From NCBI GenBank assembly GCA_029856045.1, contig JAHQWG010000047.1, positions 160,001 through 224,000 of the forward strand: a DNA stretch of 64,000 nt, in the 5' to 3' direction. The notes below the pieces were generated by a model. That model was not told where the DNA came from. It did no database searches and saw only the letters and a list, made by a program, of their open reading frames with translations. Of the stretch, positions 1 to 9,939 are shown one piece after another. Both the position numbers and the translations under genes were made by a program. Positions within the stretch are counted from its first letter, which is position 1, and each line of letters opens with the position of its first letter. Source of the DNA: Promethearchaeia archaeon (GTDB lineage: Archaea; Asgardarchaeota; Lokiarchaeia; Sigyniarchaeales; SOKP01).

Positions 1-581
1 TTGAATGTGGTACTTATTGTATGAGACATATCAATCTTCACAAATTTTTTCAAATCGACTATAAAATGCATAAATATTGTTTCAGCACACATTCCCAATA
101 AAACAACCGAACCGAAATAACAATTCAATTTAAATGATCGTAGAGACTCTAATAAAAATGTTTGTGCTACATCATCTACTAGATCAGAATTAAGTTCCAT
201 AAGTTTATTAAGATAAATATCAGAACTATACGGATCATAATCCTGATTTTCAATTAGATACTTTCCCAATTCAGTTAGGTGGAGATGTGGAAAGAATTTT
301 GAATCTCTATAATGTTTTTTACCCCCTGGAGATAAGATACCCGTTAGTACATAATTCCATATCTCATCTATACATTTCATTTCATCATCATGGGATAAAA
401 TGTTTGTGTGCATACTATGTGGATCTTCTATATACCCTAGATTAATAGCCGTTCGTTGAAGTGTTGAGTAAAAATTATCACTATTGATATTAATACCAGA
501 TTTATTTTGTTTGATTAATTCTTTCACAATCTTTTTTGCTTGATTATCATTTAATTTGTCTTCTTTACTATAAAGCATCAT
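1..581 (-). CDS. Partial CDS (runs off left edge): wHTH-like N-terminus plus HEPN/DUF4145-like domain protein
   Basis: Not in ORF track. Frame is open from ATG at 581 to the window edge: MMLYSKEDKL...WNYVLTGILSPGG...FPHLHLTELGK...YDPYSSDIYL...FLLESLRSFKLNCYFGSVVLLGMCAETIF. ATGA overlap with the stop of the upstream TIR gene. Confidence 0.7.
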   Translation of the reverse strand, partial: MMLYSKEDKLNDNQAKKIVKELIKQNKSGININSDNFYSTLQRTAINLGYIEDPHSMHTNILSHDDEMKCIDEIWNYVLTGILSPGGKKHYRDSKFFPHLHLTELGKYLIENQDYDPYSSDIYLNKLMELNSDLVDDVAQTFLLESLRSFKLNCYFGSVVLLGMCAETIFMHFIVDLKKFVKIDMSHTISTTF

Positions 582-1363
582 TTTATTATCCCACTTTTCC
601 TTAATGTTTTTAATAACATATCTTTCCAATTAGTTCCGTCAAAATCTTCCCATACATAACTACTTATATTGCTAGGTAAGACTGTTTCCTTTCTACGCAA
701 TAGAAAAAATTCTTTTATTTTACCTTTCTTCTTTCTATCCCGTATTATACCAAATTCATCAATGACATTTTGCCTTGCTTGCTTATTTCCGTTTTCGAGT
801 TTATCATCGGGAGAAAATAATACAATGGCAAACAAACAGCGATCTAGGTAATGAGTTATTTTATCGGGTATCGTTCCAGAATAAGGTTCTTCTGCTATAT
901 GAATGGGATTTAATCCTAATTCATTTATATATTCTTTTACTGTGTATAGCATTTCAGTATCTTGACCGTGACTAATAAAAACATTCTTATTATCCGATAT
1001 ATCCTCCTTATACGATTCGCCAACTAAACCAAGATATTTTTCCAACTTTTCTTTTACCATTTTGCCAAAATGTTTCATTTCAAATGGTTGTTTTGCGATT
1101 ATATTTACAGAAAAATTTTGTATGCAGTTCATCTCTTCGAACCTGATCGAACTATTGCGTTGAATTGGCATTTTTCCACCTTGAAGACCGTAATATACTA
1201 GCATATTCACCTTTTCTTCCATTTCTCTAGATATAGAATGCAACCACATATTATCATTTTCCGAAATGATAAAATTATCATTCAATATATTATTAGCAAT
1301 CTTTAATAATTTCTTGACTGCTTGGATTAATGTATTTTTTTCATTTGCCATTGTCTCAATCAT
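578..1363 (-). CDS. TIR-like (CAP12/Pycsar-type) nucleotide-binding domain protein
   Basis: C-terminal VFISHG...LGLNP...FAIVLFSPDD...ARQNVIDEFG motifs; putative catalytic Glu retained. Confidence 0.85.
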   Translation of the reverse strand: MIETMANEKNTLIQAVKKLLKIANNILNDNFIISENDNMWLHSISREMEEKVNMLVYYGLQGGKMPIQRNSSIRFEEMNCIQNFSVNIIAKQPFEMKHFGKMVKEKLEKYLGLVGESYKEDISDNKNVFISHGQDTEMLYTVKEYINELGLNPIHIAEEPYSGTIPDKITHYLDRCLFAIVLFSPDDKLENGNKQARQNVIDEFGIIRDRKKKGKIKEFFLLRRKETVLPSNISSYVWEDFDGTNWKDMLLKTLRKSGIIK

Positions 1364-1780
1364 TTATTATCCGTACCCATTTATGTATTTGTATGATATG
1401 CATCCATTTCTCTATATTTTAATCTTTCGGGGTTTTTTTTTAATAGTTATTATTTTAATATATTAATTAAAATGTGAATTTTTAAATAAAGAAAGAGTAA
1501 TAAAATACTTATTTTTATAAATTGATGGCAAAATTTATTAAAATCTTACTTTTTATCCAATATATCCAATACTTCAGATACTTGAACATTTATGAATAAA
1601 TTATTTTTTATTAATAATTTATTAATTTTTGAAATATCTAATTATGAAGTGTTTGGGTATGAAAAATTGATTATTGTATTGAATAAAAAAAAGGTAACTA
1701 TCTACTTATTTTATAATTTATGCGACAATAAACTAAAAAAGAATTAAACTTTAATTTAATCAAAATACTGTGCTAATTCT

Positions 1781-2299
1781 ATGAAAGAAGACCTAGAAAA
1801 ATTAACTAAGGAAAAGCTAATTGAGTACATCGAAGATATATCTAAAAACTGGATTGCGCTCGATGGTACCTGGTTTCAGGCAGTGGAAAATGACCTAGGA
1901 CTTGAAAAAGCCATGGAACTTAATATTAAACAATGGACGAGATTTACAGTTATTGAAGCTAAGAGAATTATGAAAAGATTTAATATTCCTCCAAACGGAG
2001 GTATTTCTGCATTGATTAAGGCTTTAAAATTCAGGGTTTATGCGAATATTAACGTACAAGAAATCGTTGAGATTTCCGAAAATCGCTGTGTATTTCGAAT
2101 GAACAATTGCCGCGTTCAGTATGCAAGAAAGCAACGAGGGTTACCAGATTTTCCTTGTAAGGGAGTTGGTTTGGTTGAATACGGTTTATTTGCTGAAACA
2201 ATAGACCCAAGAATAGAAACTAAATGCATTTGTTGTCCTCCAGATCCTCATCCGGAAGAATATTTTTGTGCTTGGGAATTTATTCTAAAGGATAAATAA
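1781..2299 (+). CDS. DUF6125-like protein
   Basis: KNWIALDGTWFQAVE, CRVQ.AR..GL.DFPCK and CICCPPDPHP...CAWEF motifs. Confidence 0.75.
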   Translation: MKEDLEKLTKEKLIEYIEDISKNWIALDGTWFQAVENDLGLEKAMELNIKQWTRFTVIEAKRIMKRFNIPPNGGISALIKALKFRVYANINVQEIVEISENRCVFRMNNCRVQYARKQRGLPDFPCKGVGLVEYGLFAETIDPRIETKCICCPPDPHPEEYFCAWEFILKDK

Positions 2300-2320
2300 A
2301 TAAAATAAAAAAAAAAGATT

Positions 2321-2944
2321 TTAAACTTCTTTATCAAATTTACTCAAAAGCCATAATATTGCGATAATTGCGAGTGGAATTCCAAAAATTATCAAAAACC
2401 AAACACCAACCGTTAGATAAGCGATGATGAAATAACTATATGATAGACTACCAAATGGGGTAAGCCAATTGCCATCAATAGCCACGTAAATACAAACTCC
2501 AATAAATAGGAAAAATGATAAACCACCACCGCCACCTTCATACTTTCTATTTTTCAATCTCTTCCATTTCTCCCTTTCCATCTCTTCTTTTTTTAATCTC
2601 TTCTTAATATCTTCTTTCTCATCAGCCGGTAAAATTTTAAACCATAGTAATGCGAATAAAATGGCAAAGAATGCTACTACTGGCAGTACAACAAGCAAAA
2701 ATTCCCATAAAATCAATAGCAATACCCATAAAATGGCTGTCCCCATAGAAAATTCATCAAATGTCCATGCACCGTTGCCTCCAACTTCTGAAGCTGGAAT
2801 ATACAATAAAGTGACTAAAATTCCTACTATTAAAGCTCCAACTACCGCAGCTCCACAGATTATAGTAATTACCCAATGTTTTCTTATCAATCGTTTCCAA
2901 AACCATTCATCTAAGACTCTCTTACTCTCTTCTTCACTACTCAT
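2321..2944 (-). CDS. Hypothetical membrane protein (about 4 TM)
   Basis: Hydrophobic segments flanking a charged linker; GAGGT SD upstream. Confidence 0.7.
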   Translation of the reverse strand: MSSEEESKRVLDEWFWKRLIRKHWVITIICGAAVVGALIVGILVTLLYIPASEVGGNGAWTFDEFSMGTAILWVLLLILWEFLLVVLPVVAFFAILFALLWFKILPADEKEDIKKRLKKEEMEREKWKRLKNRKYEGGGGGLSFFLFIGVCIYVAIDGNWLTPFGSLSYSYFIIAYLTVGVWFLIIFGIPLAIIAILWLLSKFDKEV

Positions 2945-3166
2945 AAATATTTCTACCTCGAAATATGTTTTGTTTTTAAATTAAATTAGAATTCTGTTTT
3001 AAATAAAAAACAGATCTAAATATAAAACTAGTCCTTATATTTTATTTATTTGATCAAAAAATTAAAGGAGTGATATATTTTAATAGCAGATTTTTATGAA
3101 ACTAAGGGTAATTATTATCTAAGAAATAATATTGTCATTTTTTGAAGATTAAAAAAGAATTGTTAC

Positions 3167-3406
3167 TTATCTTAGATTTTTTTTTAAAATCTTTTTTCTA
3201 CTTGTAATTTCTTATTCTAGTCTCTTTCTAACAACACAATAAACTTCACCGTTAAACATAGTCTTATAACATGAATTACAGCTAATACAATGTGCTGGCG
3301 AGATATCACCACTTTTCTAACCGTTTGGAGGGTCTGGTTCGTGTATAAGAGGTCTACTCATCGATATAAAATCTGTATAATTTTCGCCTTCAGGAAATTT
3401 TTTCAC
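3167..3406 (-). pseudogene. 3' remnant of NADH:flavin oxidoreductase (Old Yellow Enzyme family)
   Basis: Manual translation: DFISMSRPLIHEPDPPNG*KSGDISPAHCISCNSCY...; TAG replaces the usual Trp, a second stop follows, and the 5' part is absent. Confidence 0.75.
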
Positions 3407-3415
3407 AGAAAAAAT

Positions 3416-4492
3416 TTAATCTTTGGTTGCTTTTTGAATCCAACCAAACTTATCCTCCATATGTCCTGATTGAATTCCAGTTATTGTATCATATAGTTTT
3501 TGAGTCAGTTTTCCAACTTTGAAGTCGTTAATCTTATAATCTTTGCCTTTATATCCTAATAATCCGACAGGTGTAATTACTGCTGCAGTTCCACTTCCAA
3601 ATGCCTCATCTAATTTGCCATTCTCAAATGCAGTAATAACCTCATCTATGGATAGATTTCTCTCTTCGACTTTTATTCCTTCGGATTTACATAACTGTAT
3701 CACAGAGTCTCTTGTTATACCAGGTAAAATTGTTCCTGTTAGAGGTGAGGTTATTACAACTCCATCTATCACGAAAAAAATATTCATTGTGCCCACTTCT
3801 TCTATATATTTTCTTTCTTGGGCGTCTAGCCATAATACTTGTGCATATCCCTCTTTTTCCGCTTCTTTTGTTGCAAATAAACTAGCTGCATAATTTCCAC
3901 AAGTTTTTGCTTGACCAACACCACCATCTGCTGCACGAATATATTTATCTTCGACCTTAATTTTTACTGGACCAAAACCTGTGGAGTAATAAGCACCAAC
4001 AGGGGATAAAATTATATAAAATATATATTGACCACTCGGATGCACACCAAGAAACGGTTCTGAAGCAATGTAAGTTGGTCTTATGTAGAGAGATGTTCCT
4101 TCTGAATGAGGAACCCAATGTTGTTCAATAGTAAGTAGTTCTTTAAGAGCATCTAGGGCAAAATTGACGTCTATTCGGGGCATCACCATTCTAACGGCGG
4201 ACATTTGAAGTCTTTCAAAGTTTTTTTCTGGTCTAAATAAATTGATTTGGTCTTCTGTTCTATAAGCTTTCAATCCTTCGAATATTGCTTGTCCGTAATG
4301 GAGGACGCATGCAGCAGGATCAAGCATGAAAGGCTCATATTTTTTTATTTCTGCATTATGCCAACCTTTCATTTCATCATAATACATAAGAAACATATGA
4401 TCCGTGAAGATTTTACCAAAACCTAAGGTGTTCTCATCTTCTGGAAGTTTTCCTCTTTCATTTTTTGGAATTGTATTAATTTTTAATTCCAT
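3416..4492 (-). CDS. ilvE: Branched-chain amino acid aminotransferase
   Basis: LHYGQAIFEGLKAY, LYIRP, AKTCGNYA, EEVGTMN, ILPGITR, GTAAVITPVG. Confidence 0.95.
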   Translation of the reverse strand: MELKINTIPKNERGKLPEDENTLGFGKIFTDHMFLMYYDEMKGWHNAEIKKYEPFMLDPAACVLHYGQAIFEGLKAYRTEDQINLFRPEKNFERLQMSAVRMVMPRIDVNFALDALKELLTIEQHWVPHSEGTSLYIRPTYIASEPFLGVHPSGQYIFYIILSPVGAYYSTGFGPVKIKVEDKYIRAADGGVGQAKTCGNYAASLFATKEAEKEGYAQVLWLDAQERKYIEEVGTMNIFFVIDGVVITSPLTGTILPGITRDSVIQLCKSEGIKVEERNLSIDEVITAFENGKLDEAFGSGTAAVITPVGLLGYKGKDYKINDFKVGKLTQKLYDTITGIQSGHMEDKFGWIQKATKD

Positions 4493-4694
4493 ATTCTTTT
4501 AATTCCTTTCAATTTTAATCTTTATTAAACTAATTCGTTGTATTTAAAAAATTATAGTTATAATAATATAAAGATTTTGAAAAAAGTATACGGTCTTTAT
4601 GGGTTATTTTTCCAAATTTAAGTAAAAACTAAAAGAAATAATTAAAATTTTTTTGAATCGAATATTTATTAAGTTGAAAACTGGTGATATAGAA

Positions 4695-4880
4695 TTGAAA
4701 AAAACAAAATGTAAAGGTTGCGGAAAAAAATTAGATATAAAAGATAAAGATAGTTATGGTAAATGCCAAGATTGTGGAGAAATTTTTTGTGAGAAATGTT
4801 TAAGATCATGCCCTGATTGCGGCGCTTCTCCATTTTGCGCTGATTGTATGGAGGCACATTTAGCTGATCATGATTTTTAA
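4695..4880 (+). CDS. Small Cys-rich zinc-finger protein (five CxxC pairs)
   Basis: CKGC, CQDC, CEKC, CPDC, CADC...H; TTG at 4695 follows GGTGAT SD (track start 4653). Confidence 0.75.
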   Translation: MKKTKCKGCGKKLDIKDKDSYGKCQDCGEIFCEKCLRSCPDCGASPFCADCMEAHLADHDF

Positions 4881-4886
4881 TAAGAA

Positions 4887-5927
4887 TTAATATTGGCCAA
4901 ATTTTTCTATTAATGCTTTAGCATAACCAATATTCCTACTCGCCATTTCAAAAGGTTCCCATGGCCACTCGCATCCTGCAGCATACATGAACCTTCCACT
5001 TGGTTTTCCAGCTTCAATTGTTTTAGAAATTTCATTAATAACTTCCAAAGGTGAATATTTTGGGCTTCCAATTATCATGGTGTTGGTATTACCTCTAATG
5101 CAATTATTCTTTCCTATTTTCTCCTTTGCCATTTTTAAATCTACTTGATAATCTAAATCTAAGATTGCTGCTTTTGTGCTGGAGACCAATTTTAACATAT
5201 CTCGACCTTCTCTGTCAATTACTGAATTATCTCCGCAGATATGGTATAGAACAGGAACATCTTTTTGGATGTAGTTAAATAATTCTCTGGTGGCATCTAA
5301 GCAACATTTCTCATATCTCATCGGTCCAATTTGTGATATTGCTGAATCACCAGCGCCAATGATATCTGCTCCTGCTTCAATTTGTAATTTAGCAAATTCT
5401 TTTTGGATGGGCAAAATTCTATTAATAAACCCTTTAATTTCTTCTACCCAATTTTCTTTTTTGCATAATAATAAAATATTTATTAAATCGAATAAACAAC
5501 ATATCTCAGCAAATGGTGCTTCAATCCATCCAACAATGCATTGACTCCCTCCCACTTTCTCGTGAAGTTTTTTAACTGCAGCAACTCTGTTTTGAATTCT
5601 CTTATTTTCTAAAATAGTAGGAGTTTCAATGGAGCTAAAATCTTCAATTTTTATATTTTTTTTTGCAACAGGTGTGTGACTATCCCAATTAATTTCGACA
5701 CCCCATGCATTTGCTTCCCTATAGGCATCAGTTGAAACATTAACATGATCAATTCCAAAAAAATTAGAACATTTAATTTGTGCATTCGCTAAAATTTCGG
5801 GATTTTGGCAATATTCGTTATAACTTTTATGTAATAACATCGGGGCGAGATGCATGATGAATGGATTAAAGGGAATCTTTTCAGGAATTCCTTTAATTGC
5901 TGATAAGGTTAATTCAAGAGAATTCAT
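4887..5927 (-). CDS. Uroporphyrinogen decarboxylase / MtaA-CmuA methyltransferase family protein
   Basis: EAPF, QIEAGADII, HICG and C-terminal AGCE Zn ligands, RGN. Confidence 0.85.
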   Translation of the reverse strand: MNSLELTLSAIKGIPEKIPFNPFIMHLAPMLLHKSYNEYCQNPEILANAQIKCSNFFGIDHVNVSTDAYREANAWGVEINWDSHTPVAKKNIKIEDFSSIETPTILENKRIQNRVAAVKKLHEKVGGSQCIVGWIEAPFAEICCLFDLINILLLCKKENWVEEIKGFINRILPIQKEFAKLQIEAGADIIGAGDSAISQIGPMRYEKCCLDATRELFNYIQKDVPVLYHICGDNSVIDREGRDMLKLVSSTKAAILDLDYQVDLKMAKEKIGKNNCIRGNTNTMIIGSPKYSPLEVINEISKTIEAGKPSGRFMYAAGCEWPWEPFEMASRNIGYAKALIEKFGQY

Positions 5928-6835
5928 TTAAAATCATCATTCTTTAAGATTTTTATGAATTGATAAAAATACTTATATGCATTATTATAGTGTTTATCAT
6001 TTTTTGAATATTCTATTCCGTTGGAAAGTAATTTCTTGAATCCCTCCATATCTTTTGTTTTAATTGTTTTTCTATAAGATTTTAATAAGTGTTCAAATAA
6101 TTCAAGGATTTTTTGAAATTGTAAATTATCCATCTGAATTTCTCCAAGCATTTCAACTTCCTTTTGAATAATGCTTTCAGCGAAAAGTTTTTGTAATAAA
6201 AATGTTGTCCCGGTATATTTCATTAGCTCATCAAGAGGTTGATTTGATTCCTTTATTAGATTTAAAAAAAGAATGTTAAACATGTGTGGAACCCCCAATG
6301 TTAATGCTATCATCATATCATGAAAATCTTCTGTAGTTTCAGTAATTTTAAGGCCTTCTTTTTTAAAAAGACTAAAAAGCTCATTAGTAATTGACTCATA
6401 TAGATCGGTTCCGCCAATCTTTAGATATAACATTACATAATTCTTTAAATCTTTTATTCCAGGTCCAAACATAGGATGCAATGAAAAACAATTTATTGGA
6501 TATCTTTCTTGGACTTTTTTTAATGATTTAACGACTTCAGATTTTAATGAAGTTATATCGAAAATTAAAGCATTTACTTTTAAATATTGAGCAACTTTTT
6601 CTATCATTTCAGGTGAAGATCTAATAGGGATTGCAACCATCACAATATCAGCATTTAAAACACTTTTTTGAAGATTCAACTCATACTTCACACCAACTTC
6701 TTGTGATACATTCTTTAACCTTTCTTCATTTCTTGCCATCAACGTTACATCAAATCCGTGTTTTTTAAAAAATCTAGCAAATATTTTACCTAATCCACCC
6801 GAACCCCCAATAATTGTAATTTTTTTTCCTAACAT
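5924..6835 (-). CDS. tyrA: Prephenate dehydrogenase
   Basis: IIGGSGGLG, DITSLK, SLHPMFGP, HD..IA..LG.PH. Confidence 0.9.
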   Translation of the reverse strand: MLGKKITIIGGSGGLGKIFARFFKKHGFDVTLMARNEERLKNVSQEVGVKYELNLQKSVLNADIVMVAIPIRSSPEMIEKVAQYLKVNALIFDITSLKSEVVKSLKKVQERYPINCFSLHPMFGPGIKDLKNYVMLYLKIGGTDLYESITNELFSLFKKEGLKITETTEDFHDMMIALTLGVPHMFNILFLNLIKESNQPLDELMKYTGTTFLLQKLFAESIIQKEVEMLGEIQMDNLQFQKILELFEHLLKSYRKTIKTKDMEGFKKLLSNGIEYSKNDKHYNNAYKYFYQFIKILKNDDFK

Positions 6836-6837
6836 TT

Positions 6838-7698
6838 TTATTTAATCCCCAAAAACTTTTTTACAATATTTGTCATAAGTTCTTTTTTAGGAGCTTTTTC
6901 AGTCCACCATTCAAATGCTAAAAATCCTTGATTTACAAGCATATCTAACCCACCCAATGTCCTGCAACCGATATCTTCAGCATTTTTTAGTAATTTTGTT
7001 TTCAATGGATTATAAATTATATCAAAAACAAATAAGTTTTTATTTAGAAATTCTTTAGGAACTGGAGTTTCTTCAATTTTTGGATACATTCCAATCGGGG
7101 AAGTATTAATTAAGATATCAGATGTGGCACAAAATTTTTTCAAGTTGTAATTAGAAATAGCATCGGCAAATGTTTTTACTCCAGTTCTTTCATTTAATTC
7201 TTTCGCCAATAATTTTGATCTTTCTTTTCGAATATTTAAAAATATAATCTGAGCAACATCTTCTGCTATGAAGTAACTCAATGCTCTTGCAGCTCCACCG
7301 GCTCCTATAAACAATACCTTTTTATCTGATAGTTCAAAACCATTTTCAATTAACGATTGTTTTCCTCCAGCACCATCGGTATTTCTTGCTTTTAAATAAC
7401 CATTTTCGTTTTTAATTGTATTTACAGCCCCAATATTTTTTGCAATGGGATCAATCTCATCTAAATATTCCATTATTGCCTCTTTATGAGGTGTAGTGAC
7501 ACTAATTCCCTTGATATTTAATGCTCTAAAACCATCTATTGCTTTACTTAAATTTTGAGGTTCAATATCAAAAGCTAAATACACATAATCAAGATTAAGA
7601 TCATTAATTGCAGTATTATGCATTATAGGACTCATGCTATGCTTTATAGGGTGTCCAATAACTCCAAGTATCTTTGTTTTTGCCGTAATAGTGGGCAT
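6838..7698 (-). CDS. aroE: Shikimate dehydrogenase
   Basis: GHPIKHSMSP.MHN, TPHK, GAVNT, NTDG.G, GAGGAARA, DIIYNP. Confidence 0.95.
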   Translation of the reverse strand: MPTITAKTKILGVIGHPIKHSMSPIMHNTAINDLNLDYVYLAFDIEPQNLSKAIDGFRALNIKGISVTTPHKEAIMEYLDEIDPIAKNIGAVNTIKNENGYLKARNTDGAGGKQSLIENGFELSDKKVLFIGAGGAARALSYFIAEDVAQIIFLNIRKERSKLLAKELNERTGVKTFADAISNYNLKKFCATSDILINTSPIGMYPKIEETPVPKEFLNKNLFVFDIIYNPLKTKLLKNAEDIGCRTLGGLDMLVNQGFLAFEWWTEKAPKKELMTNIVKKFLGIK

Positions 7699-7789
7699 GA
7701 TTTATCAATAAATAATACTTAATACTTAAATTTTTAATATATTTTTGTTTTGATATTATTTAATTTAAATGATATGTAGGAAAAAATAA

Positions 7790-8314
7790 ATGGAAAAGCA
7801 TTCTATAGCTTTAATTGGTTTTATGGGAACTGGAAAAACAGTTGTAGGAAAAAATTTAGCAAATCAATTGGATAAAGACTATAAATTCATTGAGACTGAT
7901 GAGATTATTGAAGAGATGGCTGGAAAATCTATTCCAGAAATTTTTAAAGAAGATGGAGAAATTAGATTTAGAGAATTGGAAATTGCGGCCTGTAAGAAAG
8001 TTTCTCAATTAAAGAACGTTATTGTCTCTTGTGGGGGCGGTGTAGTTTTAAATAAAATAAATATTGATTATATTAAGCGTGATTTTCATATCGTTTTATT
8101 AACTGCAACCCCTGAGGAAATATTGAAAAGAATAATGAAAGAGGGGGAAAAAAAAAGACCGCTTCTAGATAAACCAGATCCAATGGAGGAAATTAAGATT
8201 TTATTAAAATTTAGATCATCTTTTTATGGCGCTCATGCAGTATTTACAGTCGATACAACTGGAAAGAGTATTGATGAGATTGTTTCTGAAATAATTATTA
8301 AAATTGGTATTTAA
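7790..8314 (+). CDS. aroK: Shikimate kinase (P-loop, bacterial type)
   Basis: GFMGTGKT, FRELE, SCGGG, RPLL. Confidence 0.92.
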   Translation: MEKHSIALIGFMGTGKTVVGKNLANQLDKDYKFIETDEIIEEMAGKSIPEIFKEDGEIRFRELEIAACKKVSQLKNVIVSCGGGVVLNKINIDYIKRDFHIVLLTATPEEILKRIMKEGEKKRPLLDKPDPMEEIKILLKFRSSFYGAHAVFTVDTTGKSIDEIVSEIIIKIGI

Positions 8315-8345
8315 TTAGTTCATTGAAAATTAATCTTATTTTAGA

Positions 8346-9083
8346 TTAGGAAACATATTTTAGAATTTCTCTTATTATAGTGATTGATATTTGTCCTGGA
8401 GCCGTTTGTTCTTTATAAGACCCATAAGTAAGATATGAGCCAGCTTTTAGACAAAAGATTCGGGATAGTATTCCCAACTCGCCCATACAAAAGCTAATAA
8501 TTTTTTGGTTTTCTGTTCCCAACTCTCTACAAATTCTTAAAGGAATAATGTTATCTTCAAAATTTTTCGCATAAAAAATCAATTTTATTAAATAATTTGA
8601 AGGAGATTTTTCTAAATTAACAGTAAGTTTATCAAATTTTGCTTTAAATTTTGATAATATTTCTATAACGGTCTCATAATCAGGAGTCTTATCAAAATTA
8701 TGGTAAGAAAAGATAATTTTAACATTCTTATTAGAAGCTTTTTGAATTGCATTTTGTAGGAACTCATCATCATTATCCATTTCAATATCCACATAGGTTG
8801 GGCTTAGATTTATCACTTGATTAATTATGTCATATCGTTTTTTATTTTCAATATCTAACTTACCACCTTCACTAAATTTTCTGAAAGTAAAGATCACGGG
8901 AATTTTAACTCCAATAAAAGTGAGTAGTTCTTTTAAGAAATGTGTAGTTAAGGATTCAATATCCTTAATATAATCTAATCGAAATTCAATGATATTAGGT
9001 CTTAATTTTAATAATTCTTCAATTTCTTTTTTCAATTGATGAATTTCATTTGTTTCTACTGGAACTGGAATACAAATATTCAT
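8346..9083 (-). CDS. aroD: Type I 3-dehydroquinate dehydratase
   Basis: IEFRLD, IFTFR..EGG, SYHNF.KTP, MGELG.LSR, TAPGQ. Confidence 0.92.
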   Translation of the reverse strand: MNICIPVPVETNEIHQLKKEIEELLKLRPNIIEFRLDYIKDIESLTTHFLKELLTFIGVKIPVIFTFRKFSEGGKLDIENKKRYDIINQVINLSPTYVDIEMDNDDEFLQNAIQKASNKNVKIIFSYHNFDKTPDYETVIEILSKFKAKFDKLTVNLEKSPSNYLIKLIFYAKNFEDNIIPLRICRELGTENQKIISFCMGELGILSRIFCLKAGSYLTYGSYKEQTAPGQISITIIREILKYVS

Positions 9084-9158
9084 TTTCTATTTTTTAACAG
9101 TTATTTTATTAAATATTTAAATTAAATTTAAGAAAAAAAGAATAAAAGAGAATAAATT

Positions 9159-9800
9159 TTAATCTCGATAACCAATTGTTTTTTTAATTTCTTCTTCAGA
9201 CATTGCTAATGTATCAGTAGAATCAATTTTTTGTAGTAAATTCTTATTCTTATAATGCCCTATTATTGGTTCAGCATTTTTTTTATATACATCCAACCTG
9301 TTATTTACTGTCTCTTCAGTATCATCTGAACGATGTTTTAATTCGGCACCACACTTATCACAAATCCCTTCCTTTTTTGGTGGTAAAGTATATATATTAT
9401 AAATCTCATTACACTTAGGGCAGGAGACCCTTCCTGTTAGCCGTTTCATGATAATATCGCGTGATACTTCTAATAATAAAAAGGCATCAATATCAGTTAT
9501 TTCATCAAGGGCTTCCGCTTGTTCTATAGTGCGTGGAAAACCATCAAGTAGAAAGCCATTCTCTTTTACATCATTTTGGCTTAACCTATCTTTTATCATG
9601 TCTATTACAACATCATCTGGAACAAGAGCACCATCATCCATGTACTTTTTTGCTTTCAACCCTAATTCGGTTTTATTCCTTAAATTCTCCCGAAAAATAT
9701 CCCCTGTGCTTATATGAGGTATTTTAAGTAAAACTTTTTTAATTTGTCCAGCAAATGTGCCCTTACCACCTCCAGGGGGGCCAAATAACACATATTTCAT
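9159..9800 (-). CDS. adk: Adenylate kinase with Zn-binding lid
   Basis: GPPGGGKGT, HISTGDIFR, LLDGFPR, CPKC...CDKC lid. Confidence 0.95.
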   Translation of the reverse strand: MKYVLFGPPGGGKGTFAGQIKKVLLKIPHISTGDIFRENLRNKTELGLKAKKYMDDGALVPDDVVIDMIKDRLSQNDVKENGFLLDGFPRTIEQAEALDEITDIDAFLLLEVSRDIIMKRLTGRVSCPKCNEIYNIYTLPPKKEGICDKCGAELKHRSDDTEETVNNRLDVYKKNAEPIIGHYKNKNLLQKIDSTDTLAMSEEEIKKTIGYRD

Positions 9801-9939
9801 ATTAAAATTTCACCAATAGCTAATATAGTTTGAATTATTAATATTTTATAATTAATATATCGTTTTTTTATAATTATTATTTACAGTTATAATAAATATT
9901 GTATTAACTTAATTTCTATAAATCAAAACTAAAGAAGAA

